Notes: generated by a model not told the origin, from the letters alone. DNA of 64,000 bases from an uncultured Gemmatimonadales bacterium (GCA_963850905.1 CAWKMU010000003.1:1824001-1888000), one strand, 5' to 3'. Counted from the stretch's first letter, positions 18,860-29,143 are shown. Translations and numbers: made by a program.

Positions 18860-21256
18860 ATGAGCACTGCACTCCGCGAGATTCGGTACGCCCTGCGCCG
18901 GCTGAGTCGCAGCCCGATGTTCACGATCGCGGCGACACTCACGCTGGCGATCGCGATCGGCGCGACGGCATCGGTGTTCGGGCTCGTCAATGGTGTCCTG
19001 CTCAAAGCGTTCCCGTACCGCGAACCCGATCGGGTGTTCGCGATCTGGGAAAGCAGCCCGCAGCGTCAGTTCCCGCAGTTTGCCGTGGCGCCGGCAAACT
19101 ACCTCGATTGGCGTGCGCAGAACCACACCTTCACGACGCTGGCGGCGGTCGCGTACCGAGACTACACGGTGACGGGGGCGCAGGAACCGGAGCGAGTCGT
19201 GGGGATGCAGGTGACCCCGAGCTACTTCCCCGTGCTTGGCGTTACGCTCGCGCGGGGGCGTGGGTTGGCGCCGGACTCCGGAGGCTCGCCAGAGGTCGTC
19301 CTCGGGTACGGCTACTGGCAACGTCGATTCGGCGGCTCGCCAGCGGCGCTCGGCGAACGCCTCACGCTCAATGATACCGTCTACACGATCGTGGGCATCA
19401 TGCCGAGGGGCATACCGGATAAGGCGGATCTGTGGACTCGCCTCAGCTTCACGGGTCGGCAGGCGGCGACGCGCGACAGCCACTATCTCGGTGTGTTTGG
19501 GCGCCTTCTCCCGGGCGTATCGCCAGAGGCGGGAGCGGCGGAGTTGCGGACCATCGCTCAGCGCCTGGCGATGGCCTATCCCGCGGCCGACCAGAACTGG
19601 ACGGTGGTTACGGTCCCGCTCACCGATCAGGTAGTCGGAAAGGTCAGACCAGCGCTGGTGATGTTGTTGTTGGCCGCTGCGTGCGTACTACTCATCGGCG
19701 CCGCCAACCTGGCGAACCTGTTTCTCGTCCGGTCGTTGGCGCGGCAGCGTGAGCTTGCGGTGCGCACGGCGCTTGGGGCGGCGCGCGGCCGGATCGTCCG
19801 CGAGTTGCTCGTTGAAGCCGGTGTGCTGGGGCTGTCCGCGGGCGCGCTCGGTGTCGGCGGAGCCGTGGTTGGTGTCCGCGTGCTGCGGACCCTCGCTCCG
19901 CCTGTGTTGCCACGTGTGAGCGAGATCGGGGTCGACGCTCGAGTCGTCGCGTTCTGTGCACTCACCTCGATCGCGGCAGTGTTGCTGTTCGGTATGCTCC
20001 CGGCGTGGCTGGCAGCGCGCGCGCGTCTCGCCGACGTGTTGAAGGAGGGTGGACGCGGCACCGGATCGGCACAGAGCCGCGTATTCCAGGACGGACTCGT
20101 CGTCCTGCAGGTAGCCGTTGCTCTCGTGCTGCTGACCGGAGCGGGCCTTCTGGTGGAGAGCTTCTCGCGCTTCGCGCACATGGATCCTGGCTTCAGGCCA
20201 GAGGGCGTGCTCACTGCGCAACTCACATTGCCGGCGCAGCGCTATCCAACGCCTGAGCAACAGACAGCGTTTGTGTCGGCCGTTCTGGAGCGGTTGTCGG
20301 CCGAACCCGGCGTCGTCGCGGCCGCTGCGGGGGACGCGCTGCCCAACACGACACTCAATCAAAACGTGTTTGCCATCATTGGCGATCCGGTGCCTGACCC
20401 TACGCACGTCCCGCTCGCCTATGCCATCGGTGCGAGCCCCGAGTACTTCCACACCCTCGGGATGCGTGTGCTTCGCGGCCGCGGGCTGATGCCAAGCGAT
20501 GGGATCCGCGCACCCAAGGTGGCGGTGGTCGATGAGCTGCTGGCGCGGCGGTATTTCGCCGGACGCGATCCAATCGGCCAACGCTTTGTGTTCAGGGACA
20601 CGCCAACAGGGCCCGACACGATCCAGATCGTAGGGGTGATCGCGACGGTCAAGGAGGGGGGACTCGCTTCCGACGACTATCCGGAGATCTACGCACCGCT
20701 CGCGCAGTACAACGAGCCCGTCATAGCGCTGGCCGTGCGCGTCTCGGGCGATCCGGAGGCGCTGACGGCGCCGCTCCGCCGAGTCGTTGCCAGTGTCGAT
20801 CCGACGGTCCCGTTGTCCGAGATCCGAACCATGAGTGCGTGGATGGCGCGGTCGATCGACACGACGCGGTTCTCAACGTTCCTCGCCTCGCTCTTCGCCG
20901 TGGTCGCTCTCATCCTCGGCATGGTCGGCATCTACAGCGTGTTGGCGTACATCGTGAGCCAGCGGCGGCGCGAGATCGCGGTGCGGATCGCGCTTGGTGC
21001 GACGGCGGGGGCGGTCATACGCGACGTGCTGCGTCGCGCGCTGGCGCTCGCCGGGGCTGGCATCGTGGTCGGTTCGCTCGCCGCGTGGATGCTCACGCGC
21101 GGACTCGCCGGCCTGTTCCTGGGCGTGAGTCCGCACGACCCGCTCGTGTTCGTCGGAGCGGCAATGATCTTCGCGCTGGTGGCGCTAGTTGCGGCGAGCA
21201 TTCCCGCGCTTCGCACGACGCGGGTCAATCCGGTGGAGGCGTTGACGTCGAGCTGA
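18860..21256 (+). CDS. Duplicated ABC-transporter permease (MacB/FtsX x2, ADOP type)
   Basis: EIRYALRRL-RSPMFT, LLIGAANLANL, RELAVRTALGA and RRREIAVRIALGA motifs; no adjacent ATPase gene. Confidence 0.9.
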   Translation: MSTALREIRYALRRLSRSPMFTIAATLTLAIAIGATASVFGLVNGVLLKAFPYREPDRVFAIWESSPQRQFPQFAVAPANYLDWRAQNHTFTTLAAVAYRDYTVTGAQEPERVVGMQVTPSYFPVLGVTLARGRGLAPDSGGSPEVVLGYGYWQRRFGGSPAALGERLTLNDTVYTIVGIMPRGIPDKADLWTRLSFTGRQAATRDSHYLGVFGRLLPGVSPEAGAAELRTIAQRLAMAYPAADQNWTVVTVPLTDQVVGKVRPALVMLLLAAACVLLIGAANLANLFLVRSLARQRELAVRTALGAARGRIVRELLVEAGVLGLSAGALGVGGAVVGVRVLRTLAPPVLPRVSEIGVDARVVAFCALTSIAAVLLFGMLPAWLAARARLADVLKEGGRGTGSAQSRVFQDGLVVLQVAVALVLLTGAGLLVESFSRFAHMDPGFRPEGVLTAQLTLPAQRYPTPEQQTAFVSAVLERLSAEPGVVAAAAGDALPNTTLNQNVFAIIGDPVPDPTHVPLAYAIGASPEYFHTLGMRVLRGRGLMPSDGIRAPKVAVVDELLARRYFAGRDPIGQRFVFRDTPTGPDTIQIVGVIATVKEGGLASDDYPEIYAPLAQYNEPVIALAVRVSGDPEALTAPLRRVVASVDPTVPLSEIRTMSAWMARSIDTTRFSTFLASLFAVVALILGMVGIYSVLAYIVSQRRREIAVRIALGATAGAVIRDVLRRALALAGAGIVVGSLAAWMLTRGLAGLFLGVSPHDPLVFVGAAMIFALVALVAASIPALRTTRVNPVEALTSS

Positions 21257-21259
21257 AGG

Positions 21260-23434
21260 TCATGGTGCTCGTGTGGAATCGTCCGCGGCCACGGTGATCG
21301 GCTGAATCACCAATTGTGACACGCGACACGCTCCAATCCTGGCGGGGTCGAAGTGGAGCGCCGTGAGCGACTGCGTCATCCGTGCCCTGCCGCTGTCATC
21401 CTGAGCGGCGGCGGGCTGGTCGCCGGATAGACTCAGCGCTCGAGCGCTCGACATGAGTGGTCGGCCGTCGGGATCGACGACCATCTCCACCGATACCGAA
21501 TCGGTGCGCGATGCCCCGCGCTGGCCCGATGACGTCGCGTCAGACGCGTCGGATGCCAGCGTGGCTTTCTGCGAGAGTGGCCACACGGGGACCTCGAGTC
21601 GGCCCAGAACCACGCTGCGGATATCCTCCGCTGGCTCGGTGAGCGAGACGAGGAGATCGAACTCCACCGACGACAGCCTGTCCGGACCTTGGGGGATGGA
21701 GGGGAAGGCGTGCGCGCTCGCCGCTCGAGCGAGCAGCGCGAGGAGGCTCGTATCGGCCCCGCCCGAGCGTGCAGACGCGGCAACCCGTGCCTGCGCGAGC
21801 GTGCCAGCCGAATCCAGCGTGAACCTGATCACCGTCGACAGCGCCGGGGACACCTCGAGCGGCTCTTGGCCGGACCCGTCAGGGTCTTTCACGAACGGGA
21901 GCCCAAAGGTCGACAAGGCGAGATCAGTCGGCACGACGGACCACCGCTCGATCACTCCGAGCACGCTGTCGGTGTAGCGCGCCCACGTCTTCCGGGACAG
22001 GTGCTGCGGTGCGTCGGTATGCAGCGTCGCGTAGATCGGGAAGTCCATCGTGTCGGACGACGTCGGCAGGGTGCACTGGGCATCGGCCACGATCGCCGGC
22101 GTTCCATGGATCACGGGCCCGCTGCTCCGAGGCGCGTTGTCATCGGCAGTGACCTTCGCGGGCGTGAGCCCCAATCGTGTCCGTGTCCAGATGATGACGA
22201 GGGCGCACCAATCCGAGCCGAATTGTACGGGGCGTTCCGACGCCTGATACACCTCGATCGCCCCAATGTCCGCGACATCGAACAGATGGTCGGGGGATTC
22301 CGGGCCGAGCGGCGTACCTTCGGGGGAATGTTCCAGCAGCATCGGTTGTGGGTTGCCATCGATGACGTACGACACGCAATTGGGGCCGCCGCGCGTTTGT
22401 GTGATCGCTGCCCCGAACTGTCTGCGAGGGCGTGTCACCTTCAGACCCGGCACGTTCTGGAACAGGTCGCTGAATTCTGCGGCCTGTTTCCGGACGATCT
22501 GGTCATAGGTCATGAAGTAGCCGTTGCCGGCTCGCAGGCGTTGCTCGAATCCCACCGTACGGTAGGCTGCTCGCTCCGCAGCCGTTGTTGTCACGGTCGG
22601 CAACAGCGGTACCGTGCGGACGAGTGTGACGCTTACTTCGCGCTCGTCCCGAGATGACAGATTCACCGCGATGCGCGCGGGTTGAAAACCGAGCCGACGG
22701 ACACTGACGAGGTAGGGTCCCGATTGGGCCGAGCGGATCGTGAAGTGGCCGGCGCCGTCGGTCGTGGCTGTGTCGTGCGTACCCACTAACCCGACCGCTG
22801 CTCCGGAGACGGGGGTGCTATCGGGTTGCACGACGCGTCCCGTAAGCCGTGCGGCGTGCGCAGTATCGGCCGCGCGAGCGATTCGCGCGGGCGGCATCCC
22901 GGACGCCACGCCTCGAGCGCCAGCATCGCCACCAACGGCGGGTCTTGTTTGGGCGACGAGGGTGAGATGACCATCAGGACTCACCAGGACGTCCAGGCGC
23001 GCATTCATCAGCACCCGACTCAGTGCCGTCGCGACGGTCACGTCATCGGCCCTCGTTGTAACGCGCGCGTCGGGTGGGATCAGCTCCGTGCTGTAGGTAA
23101 CCTCGAGACCGGCGTGCGCTGCCACAGACTGGACAGCGGCGCCAAGCGCGGCATCGGTGAACGAAACGGAGACTCGCCGGTTGAGCTCGGGCGCCCCGCG
23201 CGCATCGACGCGAGCGCCGTCCTGTGTTCGCAATGTGAAGAACGCCGGCCCCCCGCCTGATCTCATGGCGGACGCACTATCCGCGTGGACCGCGTCGCGC
23301 GTCTCGCTGTGGCCGGGTGTCGCTCGCCCGGTCGTATCCTGAGCGGCGCACACATTCATCGCTTGCACAACGGCCGCAGTGATCACAACAACGGGAACGC
23401 CAATGCGGCGGGGGGTGAGGAAGTGGCACCACAT
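21260..23434 (-). CDS. Secreted STN + carboxypeptidase-regulatory-like + TonB-receptor plug + two TonB-C-like domains; no beta-barrel
   Basis: LNRRVSVSF-D-AL-AAV (STN); TGRVV...TTDGAGHF...VRRLGF; SDLFQNVPGL...DIGAIEVY...CALVIIWTR (plug); IRFTLDSAG and VEMVVDPDGR...FDPARIG-RVSQLVIQP (TonB-C-like). Confidence 0.7.
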   Translation of the reverse strand: MWCHFLTPRRIGVPVVVITAAVVQAMNVCAAQDTTGRATPGHSETRDAVHADSASAMRSGGGPAFFTLRTQDGARVDARGAPELNRRVSVSFTDAALGAAVQSVAAHAGLEVTYSTELIPPDARVTTRADDVTVATALSRVLMNARLDVLVSPDGHLTLVAQTRPAVGGDAGARGVASGMPPARIARAADTAHAARLTGRVVQPDSTPVSGAAVGLVGTHDTATTDGAGHFTIRSAQSGPYLVSVRRLGFQPARIAVNLSSRDEREVSVTLVRTVPLLPTVTTTAAERAAYRTVGFEQRLRAGNGYFMTYDQIVRKQAAEFSDLFQNVPGLKVTRPRRQFGAAITQTRGGPNCVSYVIDGNPQPMLLEHSPEGTPLGPESPDHLFDVADIGAIEVYQASERPVQFGSDWCALVIIWTRTRLGLTPAKVTADDNAPRSSGPVIHGTPAIVADAQCTLPTSSDTMDFPIYATLHTDAPQHLSRKTWARYTDSVLGVIERWSVVPTDLALSTFGLPFVKDPDGSGQEPLEVSPALSTVIRFTLDSAGTLAQARVAASARSGGADTSLLALLARAASAHAFPSIPQGPDRLSSVEFDLLVSLTEPAEDIRSVVLGRLEVPVWPLSQKATLASDASDATSSGQRGASRTDSVSVEMVVDPDGRPLMSSARALSLSGDQPAAAQDDSGRARMTQSLTALHFDPARIGACRVSQLVIQPITVAADDSTRAP

Positions 23435-23442
23435 CGTCAGGC

Positions 23443-24498
23443 CTACGTGCTACCGGGACGCAGCGGAGCCAGCGTGACGACTCGCCCCTGCCGCTGTACG
23501 GTCGCAGAGAGCGTGGCGCCGAGACTCATCAACACGTCGTCAGCCGGCGAGTTGGTGTACGTCGCCGTCACGTGTCGCGCTGCGAGGGCAGGATCCGTGA
23601 CGCGCACGTCCAGGTCGTACCAGCGGCTGATGGTTGCCGCGACCTCCGGTACCGGCGTTGCGTCGAAGACGAGCTGCCCCGTCCGCCATGCCAGAAAGTG
23701 GTCGGCGTGTGCCAGGCGGACGACTTTGGGGGTGCCCCGGCTCTCGACGACGGCGAGCTGACCCGCGACAAGCGACACGCCGCGGACATCGACGCGGCCC
23801 TCAGCCACGACGACGCGTGTCGTGGCCGATCCAGGATAGGCACTCACGTCAAATGTGGTCCCGACGTCGCGCGTGACCACCTGTGCGGTGCGTACCGTGA
23901 AGGGGCGCTTCGCGTCGTGCCGGACGACGAACGCGGCCTCCCCCTCCAGCGCGACCTCTCGCATCTCACCGCCGTAGCCCAAAGGGACGTGCAACCGGCT
24001 GTCCGGCGCCAATGTGATCTGCGAGCCATCGGCGAGCGCCAGCGTCGTGCGTTGCCCCGGGGTTGTGGCGTAGTCGCGTGCCACGCGCGCCCCACGGGTC
24101 GGGTGCATGGTGAATCGCCTCGCGGCGAGCCACGCGGCGGTCGAGCCCACCACGATGAGTGCCGCCGCGGCGAGCCGTCCCCAGACTATGGCTGTCCGCG
24201 TTCGCTGGGCGCGGCGCGGGCGCGGCGGTGGTGGCATTCGTAGGTCGACCGGGTCTTGCGCGAGCGCCGTCTCACGCGCGACTCCGCGCCACACGCGGGC
24301 GAGGTTCCAGTTCGGGGCGCGGTCACTCCCCGCCGCGCGAATGACGCGCGCAGCGTCCAGCGCACGGGCGAACGCCGGGTCGGCCCGATGGCTTTCGACC
24401 GCGTGCGCGTCCGCCTCGTCGCATTCGCCGGCGAGGTAGCGATCGATCAGGGGCCAATCAATCGGGTCCTGGTCGCTCACACGCGCCAGGTCTGGCAT
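23443..24498 (-). CDS. fecR: FecR-family anti-sigma / transmembrane sensor
   Basis: LIDRYLAGE, single TM, T-PGQR-L-LADGS, LEGEAAFVV-HD-RPF, VGTTFDV and AWRTGQLVF motifs. Confidence 0.9.
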   Translation of the reverse strand: MPDLARVSDQDPIDWPLIDRYLAGECDEADAHAVESHRADPAFARALDAARVIRAAGSDRAPNWNLARVWRGVARETALAQDPVDLRMPPPPRPRRAQRTRTAIVWGRLAAAALIVVGSTAAWLAARRFTMHPTRGARVARDYATTPGQRTTLALADGSQITLAPDSRLHVPLGYGGEMREVALEGEAAFVVRHDAKRPFTVRTAQVVTRDVGTTFDVSAYPGSATTRVVVAEGRVDVRGVSLVAGQLAVVESRGTPKVVRLAHADHFLAWRTGQLVFDATPVPEVAATISRWYDLDVRVTDPALAARHVTATYTNSPADDVLMSLGATLSATVQRQGRVVTLAPLRPGST

Positions 24499-24581
24499 GG
24501 GGTCCGTTCCACACCCGACTTACGACGCAGCCCCGCCGATCCCCCAACGTCGACAGATCGCGGGCCAACCACGCGTCCGGC

Positions 24582-25184
24582 TTACCCGAGCGGGGGCAGG
24601 TGGGGAATGCGCTGGCGCAGCTCTTTGTACGCCAACCCGAGATGGCGGGAGACGGTTTTCTGGGCCAGGTTGAGCCTGGTGGCGATCTCCGCGTACGTGA
24701 GTCCGTATCCCCAGCGCAATGTGCAAACGGCCCGCCGCTGCGGTGCAAGCGTTTCGATTGCCTCTCGGATCGCTACGGCCGTCTCCTCGGCATCAAACTC
24801 GTCGTCGGAGCCCACTGCGACCTTCGGGCCGCGGTGCGCAATTTCATGCCGTGCTGCGCCGCGTCGCCGGTCAACAACCCGCTCATGTTTGATCCGGTCG
24901 CGAACCATGTTTCGGGTTGCGAGCATGAGATACGCGGCGAGTGAGCCCCGCAGCTCCCAGTGTTCACGGCCGATCCAGAGACGGGCGAACACCGCCTGGA
25001 CGGCATCCTCCGCGTCGTCCGCCGAGCCGGTGCAGTGATAGGCGAAGTCCAGCAGGCCGCGCGCGTACCGACGGAAAATTGCCTCGAACGCCTCGGTATC
25101 CCCTGCGCGCACTCGATCGACGAGCGCAACATCGCGCGCGAGATCGTCTTGTCGAGAAAATGGATCAGAGACGAGGACAGGCAT
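24582..25184 (-). CDS. ECF RNA polymerase sigma-70 factor (FecI-like)
   Basis: GDTEAFEAIFRRY, AEDAVQAVF-RLW and LTYAEIATRLNLAQKTV; directly upstream of fecR. Confidence 0.9.
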   Translation of the reverse strand: MPVLVSDPFSRQDDLARDVALVDRVRAGDTEAFEAIFRRYARGLLDFAYHCTGSADDAEDAVQAVFARLWIGREHWELRGSLAAYLMLATRNMVRDRIKHERVVDRRRGAARHEIAHRGPKVAVGSDDEFDAEETAVAIREAIETLAPQRRAVCTLRWGYGLTYAEIATRLNLAQKTVSRHLGLAYKELRQRIPHLPPLG

Positions 25185-25301
25185 TGGCTCACCGGCAAAC
25201 CGGAGGGTGAGTCTACGCCATGGGGTTGGTCGAGCGCAATCGGGTCGTCGGCCCACTTGCGTCGAATAGCGGGCGCCCCCAACGCCGCCTCGACATCGAG
25301 C

Positions 25302-26768
25302 CTATCGGATCTTCACCGCCTTGTAGTCTTCGGCGATCGTCATGCTCGCCACGCGCCCGGCGTGAGCACGGTTGAACGCGATCGGGAACTCCCCGGGGCG
25401 TGCGACGAAGGTCGAGTCGGATTCGGGCAACAACTCGGTCTTGCTGAGCATGCCCTCGACTGTGACGAAGAGCTTGCCATTCTCCGCGCTCACGGTAGCG
25501 ACCATCGGGGGTGGGCCCGGTACCCGGTACCGGCCTGCGATTGCGGCGAGCTGCTTCGCGTCCAACGCAACGACAGGGAGCTCCGTTTGCCGGCGGTCGG
25601 GCCACCCATACTCTGCGGCCACGCTGGGGATGATCTCGTTGATCAACGAGCCGCCGTTGTCGCCATTCGTCATGATGGCCACGCCCTGGCCACGCTCCGG
25701 GAACATCACGAAGGCCGAGATGAAGCCCTCGTCGGATCCGTCATGTGAGAACTCCAGATCTCGGCCACTGCCGTGAACCACGTACCCGATGCCGAACGGC
25801 GCCTTCTGCACCGTGAGCATTTGCTGAAGCGTCGCGTGATTCACGATCGTATCCGACTGGCCCGCCAAGGTGCGCTCGAGATCGATGCCCAGCGTCATGA
25901 GGTCGGACGGTGTCGTCCAGAGACCAGCCGCGCTCATCTCGGGGTAGGTGTGATACTTCCCCTTGATCGGATGACCGGCGGTGTCGTGTCCGGTCGCCGC
26001 TTCACTGGCGAGCGAGACAGGCAGCGGCTGGTCGTACGTGCTATGGGTCATCCCCGCGGGGCCAAGCACGGTCTCCTGCATGAAGACCGGGAACGGCTCC
26101 TTCGTGACGTCGGTGACCAGCAGCATGGCGATCGTCGTGCCGCCGCCAGAATACCGCGAGATCGCGCCTGGGAACGTGTCGACGCGAACGGGCGGCGTGT
26201 TGGCGGGCTTCACGCCGTCGAGTATCTGTGGCACGGTCGGAATCGGCGAGCCGGCCTCGTATCCGGGGAAACCGTGAACTGTGAGGCCCGCGTTGTGGCT
26301 GAGGATGCGCCGCAGGGTGACTTTTTGCTGCGCCGTGAACCGGTTCTCGGGTACGTGCCAGGAAACCAGCTTCGCATTGACGTCCTGATCGAGGTCGAGC
26401 TTTCCCTGTTGCACCAATCGCATGACGCCAAGCGCAAATGTTGGCTTACTGATCGATCCTGCTTCAAACCGTGTGGTGGGTGTGACGGGATTCGAGTCGC
26501 CCGCTTGCCTGGCCCCGAAGCCTTCCGCCCACACGATGCGCCCGCTGTCGACGAGGGCGATACTGACACCGGGGACGTGATAGTACTGCATGCGTGTAGG
26601 GAGTCTCCACCGGATGGGGGATTCGCCCTTGACCACCACCGCAGGACGCAATCCTGCGATCACCCGATACATGCGCACGTCCTGCGACTGATCGGGACGT
26701 GCCGCGGACTCAGATCGGGAACACGCTGCCACCAGGCACGCGACAAGTGCAACAGCCCAACGGGTCAC
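25302..26768 (-). CDS. Lipoprotein serine hydrolase (beta-lactamase/penicillin-binding family) with C-terminal accessory domain
   Basis: Lipobox VAAC; GSISK (SxxK); YSGGG; AAGLWTTPSDL; FSHDGS. Confidence 0.88.
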   Translation of the reverse strand: MTRWAVALVACLVAACSRSESAARPDQSQDVRMYRVIAGLRPAVVVKGESPIRWRLPTRMQYYHVPGVSIALVDSGRIVWAEGFGARQAGDSNPVTPTTRFEAGSISKPTFALGVMRLVQQGKLDLDQDVNAKLVSWHVPENRFTAQQKVTLRRILSHNAGLTVHGFPGYEAGSPIPTVPQILDGVKPANTPPVRVDTFPGAISRYSGGGTTIAMLLVTDVTKEPFPVFMQETVLGPAGMTHSTYDQPLPVSLASEAATGHDTAGHPIKGKYHTYPEMSAAGLWTTPSDLMTLGIDLERTLAGQSDTIVNHATLQQMLTVQKAPFGIGYVVHGSGRDLEFSHDGSDEGFISAFVMFPERGQGVAIMTNGDNGGSLINEIIPSVAAEYGWPDRRQTELPVVALDAKQLAAIAGRYRVPGPPPMVATVSAENGKLFVTVEGMLSKTELLPESDSTFVARPGEFPIAFNRAHAGRVASMTIAEDYKAVKIR

Positions 26769-26842
26769 CGGGCCCCCTCGAAGGGATGGAGATTACGTGG
26801 CGAGGTTGCGCGGGCCGATGACACCCTCGCAACCGCTCACAC

Positions 26843-27667
26843 CTAATCTCTCTTCACCACGAGGGGTCCGTTAGTCGTCACGACACGAATCGGCGGACCA
26901 CCACCGCCCAGGTCGATGGCCAGGCGACGCGAATCGATGCGCCCCTGTACGGTGACGGGGAAATCGACCTCCATGGGCCCATTGACCGTGCTCGTCTCGA
27001 GATGCGCGGCGTATTGCGCTGGGATGGTCAGTTCTACAGGTCCGTTCTGTGTTTCAGCGTCCAGCCCGACTCCGTCCCACTTCGTGCCAGCCAGCGTGAC
27101 ATCGAGTGGTCCGTTTTCCGCCCGCGCGTGCACGTCACCGCCCAACCGGTCGAGCGAGATGGGGCCGTTGACTGCGTCGAGTCGGATCCGTCCAGTCACT
27201 CCGTCAACCGTCACTGGGCCGTTGTGTGCCGAGAGCGTCAGGTCATACCGCACGGGCACGACGATCCGGTAGCTCACGCTCCACGACCGGCGATGCGATG
27301 ACGACGGCCCCTCGGCGGTGATCCGGTTGCCGGTCGTCGTGACGCGGACCTGGCTGGCGACCTCACGGGCCTCGTCACTCGATGAGCCCCGTGTCTCGAT
27401 GAGTTCGTGGACGACGATACTGTCGCCCGTCGACCCCATGACCTCGGTGCTCCCATTGTCGTTCTCGACCGAGAGTTGCCCGGCACTCGCGCCCAACCGC
27501 TCGACTCGCACCTCGCAGTAGCGGACGTCGTCCGATCCACGGGACCGCTCACACTGGTCGCGCCAATGCGCGTCATCTCGATCCTGACCCTTGAGAGTGG
27601 CCGTGGCTGTCACTGTCGACAGCAGGACTGCGAGCCACGCAGGGCTCAGCCGCCGGGATGTGGGCAT
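26843..27667 (-). CDS. DUF4097-like beta-strand repeat secreted protein
   Basis: Signal peptide; repeated (H/V/E/Q/T)NGP(V/I/L/M) units. Confidence 0.8.
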   Translation of the reverse strand: MPTSRRLSPAWLAVLLSTVTATATLKGQDRDDAHWRDQCERSRGSDDVRYCEVRVERLGASAGQLSVENDNGSTEVMGSTGDSIVVHELIETRGSSSDEAREVASQVRVTTTGNRITAEGPSSSHRRSWSVSYRIVVPVRYDLTLSAHNGPVTVDGVTGRIRLDAVNGPISLDRLGGDVHARAENGPLDVTLAGTKWDGVGLDAETQNGPVELTIPAQYAAHLETSTVNGPMEVDFPVTVQGRIDSRRLAIDLGGGGPPIRVVTTNGPLVVKRD

Positions 27668-27734
27668 ACGTGTCCCCCGTTGTGTGATCACAGATGAGAT
27701 GGCACGGGGGCGGATTTGGTTTGCAGCGGTCCGT

Positions 27735-28007
27735 TTAGCGCTTCGCCTGCGCCCTGTACCACGCATAGATGAGGGTGGCGACCACGCCGCCGTTGCCGAT
27801 GACCACGCCGGCGCCGAGCGCGATGCGTCCATGTTCCAAGCTCGACGTGTGGGCGCTCCACATCACGAGAAACAGGCCCAGTCCAGCCCAGAGGACACAG
27901 GTCGCGAGGACCAGGAGCACGTCCCGCCGCTCACCCCGGGCCGCTTCTTCCTCGTCGGCCACCCGTCGCAAGCTCCGCGCGATGCGGTCCTGGTCCGTCG
28001 TGGGCAT
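27735..28007 (-). CDS. Small two-TM membrane protein
   Basis: 90-aa ORF with two hydrophobic segments. Confidence 0.6.
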   Translation of the reverse strand: MPTTDQDRIARSLRRVADEEEAARGERRDVLLVLATCVLWAGLGLFLVMWSAHTSSLEHGRIALGAGVVIGNGGVVATLIYAWYRAQAKR

Positions 28008-28109
28008 GGTGCGTGTAATGATAGTGCGTCACCCAGCGGCCGACGATGATGCAGAGCGGCCCGCGGGGTGAAAGAACCGCGGGCCGTACGATCACTGCTG
28101 TCTCCGGCG

Positions 28110-28370
28110 TTAGCGCGAGCTGGCCGCTGCGCGCTTGCGCCTGCGCGGCACCTTTGCACCCTTTGCGCGCGCCTCGGACAAGCCGATCGCGATTGCCTGC
28201 TTTCGGCTCTTTACGCGGCCGCCTTTACCTCCGCGCCCGCTTCGAAGCGTGCCGCGCTTTTCGCGCCGCGTGGCGCTCGCTACGCTCTTGCTCGCGGCTG
28301 GTCCGTAGCGACGAGTTCGTCGAACTGATCTCCGAGCGGTCTTGCGACCGCCCTTGCGTGACGTGGCCAT
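28110..28370 (-). CDS. Small basic protein, DUF6496-like
   Basis: GTLRSG...KSRKQAIAIGLSEAR motif; CAGGAG RBS before MATSRK. Confidence 0.8.
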   Translation of the reverse strand: MATSRKGGRKTARRSVRRTRRYGPAASKSVASATRREKRGTLRSGRGGKGGRVKSRKQAIAIGLSEARAKGAKVPRRRKRAAASSR

Positions 28371-28406
28371 TGGAGCGTCTCCTGAGTGTGCTTTCTGGAC
28401 CCCGAT

Positions 28407-28422
28407 TGCAACTTTGAGCCCA
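28407..28422 (-). promoter_or_regulatory. Possible sigma-54 promoter TGGGCTCAAAGTTGCA
   Basis: GG-N10-GC spacing with TTGCA, 36 nt upstream of the DUF6496-like start. Confidence 0.35.
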
Positions 28423-28617
28423 CTATCGAGTCCAGGGAAGCCGAGTTCGTTTCCCGCGTTATGTGAACCAAAGACACAGCCTTTTGCTCCGCGACATCGA
28501 CGTGGTATCGCACTCATGGGTGCGATGTATGCGGCATCGCGGCGAAGAGGCGGGCAGCACGCGGGTGGTCTGACCCGTTGCGACCGGGCCGACTGACATC
28601 GATCTCGGGGGTGCCAA

Positions 28618-28881
28618 ATGGCGCGGTGCGAAGTGTGCGGCAACGACTACTACCTGTCGTTCGAGGTGATCACGTCTGGTACGCGGCACGTATTCGACAG
28701 CTTCGAGTGTGCCATCCACAAGCTGGCACCGGTTTGCGATCACTGCGGCTGCAAGATCGTGGGTCACGGTATCGAGGCGAACGGGACGTTCTACTGTTGC
28801 GCCCACTGCGCGCGTCATGCTGGCGCCGACGCGGCGGTGGATCACGTCTACGCGACGTCGGGTCCGTGGCCGGCCCGCTGA
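28618..28881 (+). CDS. Cys-rich prokaryotic metallothionein-like protein
   Basis: CEVCGNDY, FDSFECAI, CDHCGC and YCCAHCA motifs. Confidence 0.8.
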   Translation: MARCEVCGNDYYLSFEVITSGTRHVFDSFECAIHKLAPVCDHCGCKIVGHGIEANGTFYCCAHCARHAGADAAVDHVYATSGPWPAR

Positions 28882-28930
28882 CCACGGACGTGGACGTCAG
28901 TCCCGGTCATCACGGGTGCGCGAGCCGCTG

Positions 28931-29143
28931 ATGACAGAGCCGAGGAAACCGCGCGAGGCGTCGCCCCAGGAGGCGACCGAGGCGCGCCGCTCTCATGGCC
29001 GTCCGGTGCGGGACGAGACGACGGTCGACGAGGCGGATGAGGTCGTGGACACGGCGTCGTACGACAGCTTTCCAGCAAGCGATTCACCGGGGTGGGCACC
29101 ACTGCACGTTGGCGCAGCACGCGTGGGTGACGCGAAGGAATAG
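28931..29143 (+). CDS. Small acidic protein with ASxDSFPASDxPxW motif
   Basis: VVDTASYDSFPASDSPGW. Confidence 0.65.
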   Translation: MTEPRKPREASPQEATEARRSHGRPVRDETTVDEADEVVDTASYDSFPASDSPGWAPLHVGAARVGDAKE

